From: Macrostomum lignano
Taxonomy: Eukaryota
Direction: 5' to 3'
NCBI GenBank assembly: GCA_002269645.1
Contig: NIVC01001020.1
Coordinates: forward strand, 314,839-378,838
Length of the DNA stretch: 64,000 nt
Part shown: positions 11,050 through 22,796 of the stretch, one piece after another
How positions within the stretch are numbered: the first letter of the stretch is position 1
Layout of the letters: each line of letters opens with the position of its first letter
Translations under genes and position numbers: made by a program
The notes under the pieces: generated by a model
The model's input: only the letters and a program-made list of their open reading frames with translations
Databases searched by the model: none
Told to the model about the DNA's origin: nothing

Positions 11050-13700
11050 AAAGGGAGGAGAAGAGAAGAAGAGAGAAAGGAGCGAAGAGGAGAGGAGAGA
11101 CGAGAAGAGAGGAGAAGAGAAGAGAGGAGAAGAGAAGAGAAGAGAAGAGAGGAGAAGGGAAGAGAAGAGAAGAGAAGAGAAGAGAAGAGAGGAGAAGGGA
11201 AGAGAAGAGAAGAGAGGAGAAGGGAAGAGAAGAGAAGAGAAGAGAAGAGAGGAGAAGGGAAGAGAAGAGAAGAGAAAAGAAGAGAAGAGAAGAGAAGAGA
11301 GGAGAAGAGAAGAGAAGAGAAGAGAGGAGAAGAGAAGAGAAGAGAAGAGAAGAGAAGAGAAGAGAAGAGAAGAGAAGAGAAGAGAAGAGAAGAGAGAAGA
11401 GAAGAAGAGAGAAGAAGAGAGAAGAGAGGAGAGAAGAGAAGAGAAAAGAGAAGAGAGAAGAGAAGAGAGGAGAAGGGAAGAGAATAGAAGAGAAGAGAAG
11501 AGAAGAGAGGAGAAGGGAAGAGAAGAGAAGAGAGGAGAAGGGAAGAGAAGAGAAGAGAAGAGAAGAGAGGAGAAGGGAAGAGAAGAGAAGAGAAAAGAAG
11601 AGAAGAGAGGAGAAGGGAAGAGAAGAGAAGAGAAGAGAAGGGAAGAGAAGAGAAGAGAAAAGAAGAGAAGAGAAGAGAAGAGAGGAGAAGAGAAGGGAAG
11701 AGAAGAGAGGAGAAGGGAAGAGAATAGAAGAGAAGAGAAGAGAAGAGAGGAGAAGGGAAGAGAAGAGAAGAGAGGAGAAGGGAAGAGAAGAGAAGAGAAG
11801 AGAAGAGAGGAGAAGGGAAGAGAAGAGAAGAGAAAAGAAGAGAAGAGAAGAGAAGAGAGGAGAAGAGAAGAGAAGAGAAGAGAAGAGAGGAGAAGGGAAG
11901 AGAAGAGAAGAGAGGAGAAGGGAAGAGAAGAGAAGAGAAGAGAAGAGAGGAGAAGGGAAGAGAAGAGAAGAGAAGAGAAGAGAAGAGAAGAGAGGAGAAG
12001 AGAAGAGAAGAGAAGAGAAGAGAAGAGAAGAGAAGAGAAGAGAAGAGAGAAGAGAAGAAGAGAGAAGAAGAGAGAAGAGAAGAGAAAAGAGAAGAGAGAA
12101 GAGAAGAGAGGAGAAGGGAAGAGAAGAGAAGAGAGGAGAAGGGAAGAGAAGAGAAGAGAAGAGAAGAGAAGAGAGGAGAAGGGAAGAGAAGAGAAGAGAG
12201 GAGAAGAGAGGAGAAGGGAAGAGAAGAGAAGAGAGGAGAAGGGAAGAGAAGAGAAGAGAAGAGAAGAGAGGAGAAGGGAAGAGAAGAGAAGAGAGGAGAA
12301 GGGAAGAGAAGAGAAGAGAGGAGAAGGGAAGAGAAGAGAAGAGAAAAGAAGAGAAGAGAAGAGAAGAGAGGAGAAGAGAAGGGAAGAGAAGAGAAGAGAG
12401 GAGAAGGGAAGAGAAGAGAAGAGAAGAGAAGAGAGGAGAAGGGAAGAGAAGAGAAGAGAAAAGAAGAGAAGAGAAGAGAAGAGAGGAGAAGAGAAGAGAA
12501 GAGAAGAGAAGAGAGGAGAAGGGAAGAGAAGAGAAGAGAGGAGAAGAGAAGAGAAGAGAAGAGAAGAGAAGAGAAGAGAAGAGAGGAGAAGGGAAGAGAA
12601 GAGAAGAGAGGAGAAGGGAAGAGAAGAGAAGAGAAGAGAAGAGAGGAGAAGGGAAGAGAAGAGAAGAGAAGAGAAGAGAAGAGAAGAGAGGAGAAGGGAA
12701 GAGAAGAGAAGAGAAGAGAAGAGAGGAGAAGGGAAGAGAAGAGAAGAGAAGAGAAGAGAAGAGAAGAGAGGAGAAGGGAAGAGAAGAGAAGAGAAGAGAA
12801 GAGAAGAGAAGAGAGGAGAAGGGAAGAGAAGAGAAGAGAGGAGAAGGGAAGAGAAGAGAAGAGAAGAGAAGAGAGGAGAAGGGAAGAGAAGAGAAGAGAA
12901 GAGAAGAGAAGAGAAGAGAGGAGAAGGGAAGAGAAGAGAAGAGAAGAGAAGAGAAGAGAGGAGAAGGGAAGAGAAGAGAAGAGAAAAGAAGAGAAGAGAA
13001 GAGAAGAGAGGAGAAGGGAAGAGAAGAGAAGAGAAGAGAAGAGAGGAGAAGGGAAGAGAAGAGAAGAGAAGAGAAGAGAAGAGAGGAGAAGGGAAGAGAA
13101 GAGAAGAGAAGAGAAGAGAGGAGAAGGGAAGAGAAGAGAAGAGAAAAGAAGAGAAGAGAAGAGAAGAGAGGAGAAGAGAAGAGAAGAGAAGAGAAGAGAG
13201 GAGAAGGGAAGAGAAGAGAAGAGAGGAGAAGAGAAGAGAAGAGAAGAGAAGAGAAGAGAAGAGAAGAGAAGAGAAGAGAGGAGAAGGGAAGAGAAGAGAA
13301 GAGAAGAGAAGAGAGGAGAAGGGAAGAGAAGAGAAGAGAAAAGAAGAGAAGAGAAGAGAGGAGAAGAGAAGAGAAGAGAAGAGAAGAGAGGAGAAGGGAA
13401 GAGAAGAGAAGAGAGGAGAAGGGAAGAGAAGAGAAGAGAAGAGAAGAGAGGAGAAGGGAAGAGAAGAGAAGAGAAAAGAAGAGAAGAGAAGAGAAGAGAG
13501 GAGAAGAGAAGGGAAGAGAAGAGAAGAGAGGAGAAGGGAAGAGAAGAGAAGAGAAGAGAAGAGAGGAGAGAAAAGAAGAGAAGAGAGAAGAGAGAAGAGA
13601 AGAAAAGAGAAGAGAAGAGAAGAGAGAAGAGAGGAGAGAAAAGAAGAGAAGAGAGAAAAGAGAAGAGAAGAGAACAGAAGAGAAGAGAAAAAAAGAGAGA
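11050..13700. repeat. (GAGAA)n pentanucleotide satellite with GAGAG/GGGAA/AAGAA variants, ~2.7 kb
   Basis: The plus strand is almost purely purine and variant blocks recur. Confidence 0.99.
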
Positions 13701-14640
13701 AGAGAAGAGAAGCGAGAAAGGAGCGGAGAGGAGAGAGAGGATTTGTCAGAGAAGGAGGTGAAGACAGGAAAGAGGAGAGGAGAGAGGAGATAAATAAGAA
13801 AAGAGCAGAGCAGAGACACAAACCCCGAGTGGGCCAGATTGCTGCTCTGAAGTTTCAAAGGACCCGAGGGCCGCATAGAGAGGCTTCGCGGGCCGGAGTT
13901 TGCCGACTCCCTGACTTTAAAAAATGTTTTTTTTCCCAAAGGCTCGGCACATCTGCTGACTCCCATGGGGGGGGGGGGTTCAGCACACACCTGCGCCATA
14001 GGGATCTAGAACTAGAACCTGGAGTCCCAACTCTTATTGGCCCGGACGCTAGTAGGCTGACTGGGGAAAATTACCCCACATAGCCACATATGCTTTTGCA
14101 TTTGAACAAATCTTTGACTAAGATGCACGCTAAAAACCGAAATCGGATTTTCAAGTATGGAAACGAAACAAATATTGTTTTTTGTATTTAATAGACAATA
14201 AAAGCAGACACTGATTCATATCATTGCATTCAAAGTGTATCATCAAGGCAACAGAATTACGATTTCGGCAATAAAAATGATGGATAAATATGCGTACCTA
14301 TACTATGAGCTAGCTCGTCATTCGACATCATTCAGAATAAAAAATGTGAATTTAAACAGTATAATACGGAAATAATTAATGACTTCAAGCAATATTTAAC
14401 AAGTTATTGTTGTGACAGTGCAACGTGACTCATTCACATGACTGATTGATCGAATAGTTTTGCTCTGACTCTGACATCTAATTGATCGCACAATCAGTGT
14501 TCAGTCAATGACATCTTGATTGACTTTTGACAGTTGAAATTTTGATTCTCAATTTTAGCCAGCTATTAAGCAATGTATAACAGTAAAGAAAGCCGCAGTC
14601 AGCTTCTTGATGTTTCGTTACACAGATAATGCCGACTCCT

Positions 14641-15106
14641 TCAGTCCTTCTGATTGACCTCCCGCACCAGCATCTTCGCCATGCAGTTCAAGCAAAGCAC
14701 AGAAGCACGCCTTACGATTTCTTGCACAATGTCGAGCCCATTCGTGCAGTGTTTCCTGTAGAAATCAATTTCAGGGCTTCAGACTCGCTGTGCTTTAGAC
14801 TTAGAGTTCCAAAAACACTAGCCAGCAAGACACGAAGTTGAAAAATGTGCTCCTCATCAATTGCAGCCAGGAAGTCGAATGCACCTTCGCCTGCTGAATG
14901 TCTTTGAAGTCGAAGACTGCAACGGCAGTGTCGCAGACGAGGGAATCCTTACAGAACTCACACTTCTTCTTTGTCCGGAGTAATGAACGGGCGCAGAAGC
15001 CGCTGATGCAGTAGACGATGGCCAGGTGACTTTTGTCCGGAAAGCAATCGAATACTACTTCGCCGTGAATCTGATCTGCCAGTTGCCGCAGGTCCTCTTC
15101 ATCGAA
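14641..15106 (-). pseudogene. Decayed C-terminal fragment of a P-element/THAP9-like transposase
   Basis: Hand translation gives AIVYCISGFCARSLLRTKKKCEFCKDSL (YIxGY..CxxC motif) and, after frameshifts, HCTNGLDIVQEIVRRASVLCLNCMAK*. Confidence 0.55.
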
Positions 15107-15864
15107 CTATATTCTTATTCCGCAGCACCACTTCGATGTCAGTGACAGCAATACTGGAATACTTCAACAGAGAAACAGCTCTGATTTTCCTGTCGCTTTC
15201 AGATAGCTGGCGCATATAGATAAAAGTTTGCTGCAACTGAGCTGCCGAATCCAGTTGAAACGCGCTTCGATGCTGTCTGATTGGAATTTTCGTAACTGGA
15301 CATCGCTGCAGTCGCCAGCCTACTACGGTCCGGGTCCGAGCGCCTCCACTTAAGAGTTGGTATTCCAGCTGCTAGATCTAGATTTCCTTGCCTGCGCCCA
15401 CCCAGCCTCATCTTCAGCTTCCACTGGCTTCACTTCCTCTCTAGTCAAAGAATCTCCAGCAGTCCATCTATAAATAAAACAGAGCCTGTGATTAACTGCC
15501 AGAGAGGAACACTGCTGGTCACTCACGGCTGGTCAGTAGCAAAATGGAATTCTTTCTTAGAAACGAGTAAAAGTGCATTGCACAGAAACCCGAGCCTTCT
15601 AAACGGTACGAGCAACGGTTAATCTGGCCCTCCCAAGCTGACTGCCTACCCAATGGCCTATACCCATGGGATGGATCTGTTAGCCCACTATATCCCTTAT
15701 CGTTTGCAAAGTTCGCTCTAATCAAAATATTTGGATAGCTGAAAGCAAATTTATTGCCAGCTCGAGGCAACGCATTTGCTTTGATGCCAATGCTCTGCCA
15801 CCCCCCCCCCCACCGCCCAGTGACCGGCCTTCGGTATATTTCTAAAATTAACTCTATTAAAATT

Positions 15865-16920
15865 AAATGAGTGACCGTGGCGCTAAAGTGAGTGACTGCG
15901 ACGCTAAAATGAGTGAGTTTGGTGCTGAAATGCGTGACAGTGGCGCTAAAATGAGTGACTGTGGCGCTAAAATGAGTGAGTTTGATGCTGAAATGAGTGA
16001 CAGTGACGCTAAAATGAGTGACTGTGGCGCTAAAATGAGTGACAGTGGCGCTAAAATGAGTGACAGTGGCGCTAAAATGAGTGACAGTGGCGCTAAAATG
16101 AGTGAGTTTGATGCTGAAATGAGTGACAGTGGCGCTAAAATGAGTGAGTTTGGTGCTGAAATGAGTGACAGTGGCGCTAAAATGAGTGAGTTTGGTGCTG
16201 AAATGAGTGACAGTGGCGCTAAAATGAGTGAGTTTGGTGCTGAAATGAGTGACAGTGGCGCTAAAATGAGTGAGTTTGGTGCTGAAATGAGTGACAGTGG
16301 CGCTAAAATGAGTGAGTTTGGTGCTGAAATGAGTGACAGTGGCGCTAAAATGAGTGACAGTGGCGCTAAAATGAGTGACAGTGGCGCTAAAATGAGTGAC
16401 AGTGGCGCTAAAATAAGTGACAGTGGCGCTAAAATGAGTGACAGTGGCGCTAAAATGAGTGAGTTTGATGCTGAAATGAGTGACAGTGGCGCTAAAATGA
16501 GTGAGTTTGATGCTGAAATGAGTGACAGTGGCGCTAAAATGAGTGACAGTGGCGCTAAAATGAGTGACAGTGGCGCTAAAATGAGTGAGTTTGATGCTGA
16601 AATGAGTGACTGTGGCGCTAAAATGAGTGACAGTGGCGCTAAAATGAGTGACAGTGGCGCTAAAATGAGTGACAGTGGCGCTAAAATGAGTGACAGTGGT
16701 GCTAAAATGAGTGACAGTGGCGCTAAAATGAGTGAGTTTGGTGCTGAAATGAGTGACAGTGGCGCTAAAATGAGTGACAGTGGCGCTAAAATGAGTGACA
16801 GTGGCGCTAAAATGAGTGACAGTGGCGCTAAAATGAGTGAGTTTGATGCTGAAATGAGTGACAGTGGCGCTAAAATGAGTGAGTTTGATGCTGAAATGAG
16901 TAACTGCAGCGCAAAATGAG
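15865..16920. repeat. 21-bp minisatellite with two unit classes (AAAATGAGTGACAGTGGCGCT / AAAATGAGTGAGTTTG[G/A]TGCT), ~50 copies
   Basis: Directly visible. Confidence 0.97.
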
Positions 16921-17481
16921 TGTGAAGTCGTTGAGTGTAAAGGCATATCAGCCACAGTAACCCAGTTGCAGCCAATCCTCTGTAATTATATTTTATATAA
17001 ATAAATACGGTATATGACTTCTATTCTATCTTGAATCCCATCTCTTTCAAACTTCGCTCGTGCCTCTCCACAGTGGGAACTGGTACAACCCTACTAACCC
17101 TATATTGCGTTCACATTTCACCCACTTGTGCCGCATCCCCTTAGTAGCCTCAGCGGTGGTGCGAGAGCATTCTGTTGCAATCGAAAAGTTCACTTTGTAA
17201 CCTTCCCGGTTTATCATTCGCTTTTACGCAGAAATGCATGGCCACTTGGTTGCAGCAAAAATTATTCTCTTTCAGCGCAATGTTGAACTGCACCTGCGGA
17301 AGCACCTGCGGAATTTGCAATGCCCAGGAAATTCCTTCACGAACTATTCGACGAAAGCTTCGAATAGTGCATGGCTACATTCGGTGTGCAACGTTTTACG
17401 GCAAGTCTGTGTTATTCGGGGAGTAGAAGAAATGTTCGGGGTTGTGCGTTGCAATTTTAATTTGAGGGGATCGCAACCCTG

Positions 17482-18117
17482 AGCGCCCCCTGTCTCTTGG
17501 TTCGCGTTGGCACCCGTCTTTTTTGGTGGGCGCCCCTGTCTCTTGGTTCGCGTTGGCACCCGTCTTTTTTGGTGGGCGCCCCTGTCTCTTGAGTTGGGCG
17601 CCCCTGTCTCCTGAGTTGGGCGCCCCTGTCTCTTGAGTTGGGCGCCCCTGTCTCTTGAGTTGGGCGCCCCTGTCTCTTGAGTTGGGCCCCCCTGTCTCTT
17701 GAGTTGGGCGCCCCTGTCTCTTGAGTTGGGCGCCCCTGTCTCCTGAGTTGGGCGCCCCTGTCTCTTGAGTTGGGCGCCCCTGTCTCTTGAGTTGGGCGCC
17801 CCTGTCTCTTGAGTTGGGCGCCCCTGTCTCTTGAGTTGGGCGCCCCTGTCTCTTGAGTTGGGCGCCCCTGTCTCTTGAGTTGGGCGCCCCTGTCTCTTGA
17901 GTTGGGCGCCCCTGTCTCTTGAGTTGGGCGCCCCTGTCTCTTGAGTTGGGCGCCCCTGTCTCTTGAGTTGGGCGCCCCTGTCTCCTGAGTTGGGCGCCCC
18001 TGTCTCCTGAGTTGGGCGCCCCTGTCTCCTGAGTTGGGCGCCCCTGTCTCCTGAGTTGGGCGCCCCTGTCTCCTGAGTTGGGCGCCCCTGTCTCCTGAGT
18101 TGGGCGCCCCTGTCTCC
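17482..18117. repeat. Two 46-bp units followed by a 22-bp minisatellite (GGGCGCCCCTGTCTC[T/C]TGAGTT), ~25 copies
   Basis: Period of 46 at 17528/17574, then period of 22 to 18117. Confidence 0.96.
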
Positions 18118-18698
18118 ATGGATGCCTGTGCAGTTAAACTAAGTTTGTTTTAATATGCACTAACCACACTACTGGTTTGATAAATCTTCAGTAGCATATC
18201 ATTCATCTGAGTGTAAATAATTAATTGTATGTTTTGCATGCGAACTGCCCTATATGCTGAATTTTCACTTTGGTAACAGAAATTAATTACGGCAAAATTG
18301 TTTTGCAAAAAGTAAAAATAAAAAATATCTATCTATTTAAAAAAATAGAACAAAGCATAGTTCAGTTGCGCGTACTTTTAATCTACATTCTTGTTAAAAA
18401 AATTTCAATGAGAATATCTGTGTGCAACCAAAATACACAGGTTACGCTGCTATGCAGTATCAGGAGATCGGAGGGCTATAATTGAGCAAGCAGAAAATCC
18501 TTGTCTTACTGTGGCGGAAAGAACAGGCAATTAATTTGAAGCAGAAGAATCAAAGACAGCAAAGTAGAGGAGCCAAAAATCTTTGAGGCCCGGTTTAGAT
18601 GAACGCGTAAGTTAAAAAGCTTCAATTTGGTGAACAAATAACTTCAACCGGCCTCCGAAAACACTAAGGGGTAATATTGTCTGCTTATCTATCAAAAC

Positions 18699-19160
18699 GG
18701 CGGGATGGTGGCTCATCAAAGGAACAACTCAAAGGGACGGGATGTCGGCTCATCAAAGGATTGAACAGCTTAAGGGAACGGGATGTCGGCTCATCAAAGG
18801 ATCGAACAGCTTAAGGGAACGGGATGTCGGCTCATCAAAGGATCGAACAGCTTAAGGGAACGGGATGTCGGCTCATCAAAGGATCGAACAACTCAAAGGG
18901 ACGGGATGTCGGCTCATCAAAGGATCGAACAACTTGAGGGAACGGGATGTCGGCTCATCAAAGGATCGAACAGCTTAAGGGAACGGGATGTCGGCTCATC
19001 AAAGGAACAACTCAAAGGGACGGGATGTCGGCTCATCAAAGGATCGAACAGCTTAAGGGAACAGGATTTCGGCTCATCAAAGGATCGAACAGCTTAAGGG
19101 AACAGGATGTCGGCTCATCAAAGGAACAACTCAAAAGGATGAGATGCCGGCGCTTATCAA
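18699..19160. repeat. 41-bp minisatellite (CGGGATGTCGGCTCATCAAAGGATCGAACAGCTTAAGGGAA) with shorter variants, ~11 copies
   Basis: Directly visible; lies downstream of the STPG4-like stop codon. Confidence 0.95.
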
Positions 19161-19266
19161 AGGAATGGGCTGTCTCTTCAAAAGGAAAGGAAAGCAGAAG
19201 CAGTTATACAAGAATCGCATCAGATCACAGCTCCTAAGACGTCAGGTAGGCAGGCGGCAATCTGGA

Positions 19267-20022
19267 TCAGGGGTAGAAGGCGGTGCTGAAGAACAGTCCA
19301 TGCTGTCGGCCCATCCGCATCATTCCAGCCGACATAGGAGTCTGGTAGGACTTGTCGTAGGAGCCCGGCGCCGGGACCTTGTTGTAGGATGAGACAAACC
19401 GTGGGCAGCTGGAACGGAACGATGAGCGCACGCCCTGCTGGCTCAGCGTGCTCCGACTCGAATCGTACGCACCTGGAGGCGGTCCTTCGCGCGGCTCGAA
19501 CTCCTTGATGACGCGACGGGATCGCGACTTGAAGCAGGAGCCTCTGGCTGGCTCGGGGTCGACGCGGATGCTGTGGTAGGTCTCCACGTTGTACTGCCCG
19601 GGTGTCAGGTTCGACAGCTGTCGATCTACCAGACCTTCGGTCAGTGCGTCCAGCGAGGATTTCTTCGAGTTGCGGAAACCGTAGCTGCGAATGTCTTTGC
19701 TCATCTCGTCAGTGAAGCTGCGGTGGCTGTAGGCTCCAGGCGGCACTCCGCTGCCTCCACCGCCGCCCAGGCCCGTTGCCGCTTCAAGGTTGCGCTGCCG
19801 GCCGGAGCTCTTGAAGGTAGACGAAGGATAGTTGACTCGCTGTATGGAGCTGACCTCGCGCGGCTCGTACTGACCGACTGCCGGGTAGCGGTTGAGCTGG
19901 TCCCGCCACCACGCGCTGCGGTCGGTGGGCTTGTACCGGTCCCAGTCGTTCAGGGGCGCTGGCGGCAGTACTCTTGGCTGGTGCTGGCGTCTCTCAGTAG
20001 GCAGCGCTTCCAGCTGGCTCAT
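19267..20022 (-). CDS. STPG4: SHIPPO/PGP-repeat protein, STPG4-like, 251 aa, coding region intronless
   Basis: Colinear motifs as I recall them for vertebrate STPG4: WWR, TFKSSGR, LTPGQYNV, SCFKS, EGPPPGAY, SSFRSSCPRF, VPAPGSY, MGRQHGLFF. Confidence 0.8.
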   Translation of the reverse strand: MSQLEALPTERRQHQPRVLPPAPLNDWDRYKPTDRSAWWRDQLNRYPAVGQYEPREVSSIQRVNYPSSTFKSSGRQRNLEAATGLGGGGGSGVPPGAYSHRSFTDEMSKDIRSYGFRNSKKSSLDALTEGLVDRQLSNLTPGQYNVETYHSIRVDPEPARGSCFKSRSRRVIKEFEPREGPPPGAYDSSRSTLSQQGVRSSFRSSCPRFVSSYNKVPAPGSYDKSYQTPMSAGMMRMGRQHGLFFSTAFYP

Positions 20023-21988
20023 GGCGGCTACAGCGGCTGCTCTTTTTTCCCGTTGCAGAAGAATTTACTTTTAACGGAAAATGTACAGTCTCGATGCTGA
20101 TGCAGCTATGACAACAGGTGGGATGAACTGATTGGAAAGTTCCCCCGGTTTGCGCCTTTCCTCCCCTTTATTCAATTCTCTTTTTACCGGCTGCGCTTCC
20201 TTTTCAGCCGCTTAAAACCAGCTCAGGAGGGCCTCTGTCTGGGCGCGGGTCGATGGCGCTTGCGACAGCGGGATGCTGAGTGGGAAGAGGGAGGAGGGGA
20301 AGAGGGAGAGTCAGTGCTTGAATGAGAATAAACTGAGTATGTTTAAGAGTTTTTAAAGAGCAGTTCTGGGGGAGCGGCTGGCATAAATCATTCAGTGGTT
20401 GGGGTGGTCGTAGACTGTTTTATTCTGTCTCTACATTTCTCGCCGCATTGTCACTGAGCAGACAGCCTGTGTCCTCTCCACCCCCTGTCTCTCTGTCTTT
20501 CTCGTTCCTGAAGCAACTGCTCAAACTCAGCAACGGTATAGTGGCAGTGTCAGTTTCTACTTCATACACCGCTGCAGGAGTATCTCTCTCTCGCTCGCTC
20601 TCTTCATCCAGCTCACAGCCTCTCCTCCCTTCATCTCCGCCCTCCCAGCCAACAAGCGCACTGGATAGAGACTGCGGCACCGCGCGCCAGAACCGGTCTG
20701 GCGCCTGAGCTGGCTGGGACTGAGCTATCTATGAGCTAAGAGAATGAAAAAATATTGAAGGGAGGAGGGTGAATTTGAAGTGGCTGAGTTGATCTGTTTG
20801 AACGGCTCACAGAGAGGAGTGCAGAAGAGACAGGAGAGAGAGAGGGAGAAGGCAGTCTGCGGCGGAAGACGCCCTCCTCACCACCTGAAAATGCATCGCA
20901 CACAAGTGCAGGTGCTGCAGGCGCATCTCAGAACGGTGGCTGCGGGTGGGGTGTGAGGTTGAGCCCAGGAAAAAATATTGGCATAGCGACGAGCCTCACA
21001 TTCTCCGCTAGAGCTCATGTTCTCTGTCTGTCTATTTTTTATTCGGCTTAAGCTTTACTGTAACGTTGCACCAATGCCGTCAGCTGCTGAATGCGCAGCC
21101 AAGTTTGCCAAGCCACCAGTTCGTAAAAAAAGTTTTGTTTAATAGCGTTTTAGCGCTTTCTAACGGAAGTCCTAAAAAGGGGCGGGACTTTGTCAACTTT
21201 GTTACATGGGTAACACTGAGTAAACTTTTTTGAGTGAGTAGCTATAACCCTACATAACTGTGTTGGTAGTAAACATGCGCGATTTCTTCACCCAAAATCA
21301 AATTTTAGACATTCTTAATTTGTTTTCTGACATCAATGCAGGTCTGAGTTATCTATGTGCCAGAAAACTTCAAGATGTCAAAATAGTTCAAATGTGTACC
21401 CAAGGACAATTACATTTTTTGTCCAACACATAAAACTGGGTGTAATTCAATGTCAAAAAATGAAAATAAGCTTCAAAAGAACTCGCCTAACTACTATCAG
21501 GCCTCGAAGTCTGTGTTTTATTCAGTTTTTGTTATTTTACTACATGCCCAAATAGCACTCAACTTGTTTTTCCAACAATTCTTGGCAACGGCAATTCGAT
21601 GGAGTGAGTTGCATTCGATTCTAGAACTGAGACTAGAACTGAACTGAATCGCAAAAACTGAGAGACCTTTCTAATGGCTTATGTTTCGACTCTAAGAAAT
21701 AACCTGACCCTCGAATTTCCAGGCACAATTGATTTCCTTTTGAATTTATTATCAACTCACCTGCTTAAGACATGTTATTCAGTAAATAACAAGTAGCAAC
21801 TGAAGACGGGAAAAAGGTTGCTTGGGTAGACAGGTTCTTTCATAAATCTGCTGTCGCATCTACCTTAACAATACAATTTTACTTTGCCATGATGTCGGAA
21901 ACGGTCTGCTGAAATGTAAAATTAACAACCAGTGTGCAGAGAACTCCGGTCGAGTCTCAGGCACTTCAGCTTGAGTAAAGTCCCGTCT

Positions 21989-22796
21989 TCAGTAGAACCC
22001 AAACGCGATGAACTCGCAGATTGTCAGAGCCTGGGCGGGTCGCTGCGAGCCACAACTCGGACCCGAGAGCCGAAAGCGCCGCAGGTGAAGTTGGCCACGG
22101 AGAACGGAGCGCTGAGCCTCACCTGGTTGCACACGGACCCGTCAACCAGCAGGTCGAACTTGTTGAGCCTCTCAGCGCAGCAGTCCTGCCTGTTGTGGAT
22201 GGTGACGAAGGACACAAACAATGGAACAGCCAGGCCGGCCTCCCACCACTCGTTAGCACTGGACTTTGTGTGGGTGCACATGTCATTCGAGCTGCTGGAT
22301 CTGGCGTCGCCATCGAATGCTCGGTCGCAAAGATACCTGTCCGCATAGTAGTTGGAGCTCTGGCTGCAGTTCAAAAACTTCAGCTTTTTGATGTCTGAAA
22401 TTATGAAAGCTGTGAGAACAGATAAATGCAGAGGAATTTGTGAAGATAAGCAATAAATGTCAGAGTTGCAAAATCTCGTCTAAATTTACCCAGCACGTAG
22501 ACATCGCACGAGCCGGTGCTGACCCAGGCGCTGGCATTGAGGAACGCCTGCAGGTCGAACAGCCGACACGCTCCGAGCAGCCAGTAGAAGCCGAAGCAGC
22601 CCGGCCTGCGGCTGCACAGGAAACCACAGCTGATCTTGTTCGGTCTGGGCTGCACGAGAAACTCCGGCGGAGCGACGGCGCTGCTCTTGTTGACTCGATC
22701 GAATCGATCAGACTTGGTGAGCACTTCAGCAGAGGCAACCAGCAGAGACACTGAGCCACAGAGCGCGAGCACACAAACCGGAAAGGAAATCGGCAT
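21989..22796 (-). pseudogene. PAN-like + F-type lectin (fucolectin) gene copy 1, with 1-nt frameshift near the C-terminus
   Basis: Exon 1 is 22490-22796 (signal peptide, CGFLCSRRPGCFGFYWLLGACRL); exon 2 is 21989-22394 (CTHT...HNRQDCCAERL). It lacks one base at ~22033 relative to copy 2. Confidence 0.85.

Noticed and set aside
10649-13999. 1116-aa and 969-aa Ser/Leu/Phe ORFs
   Set aside because: Translations of the stop-free TTCTC strand of the GAGAA satellite.
15519-16975. Repeat proteins (MSDSGAK)n, (VTHFSAT)n and (LILAPLS)n
   Set aside because: Three frames are open because of the 21-bp unit; no signal peptide, splice or flanking domain support.
18699-19160. CRISPR-like array
   Set aside because: Units are contiguous with no unique spacers; no cas genes; eukaryotic context. 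The same holds for all other arrays.
20420-20708. Short ORFs on both strands
   Set aside because: Low-complexity CT/GA-rich sequence with no recognisable domain.
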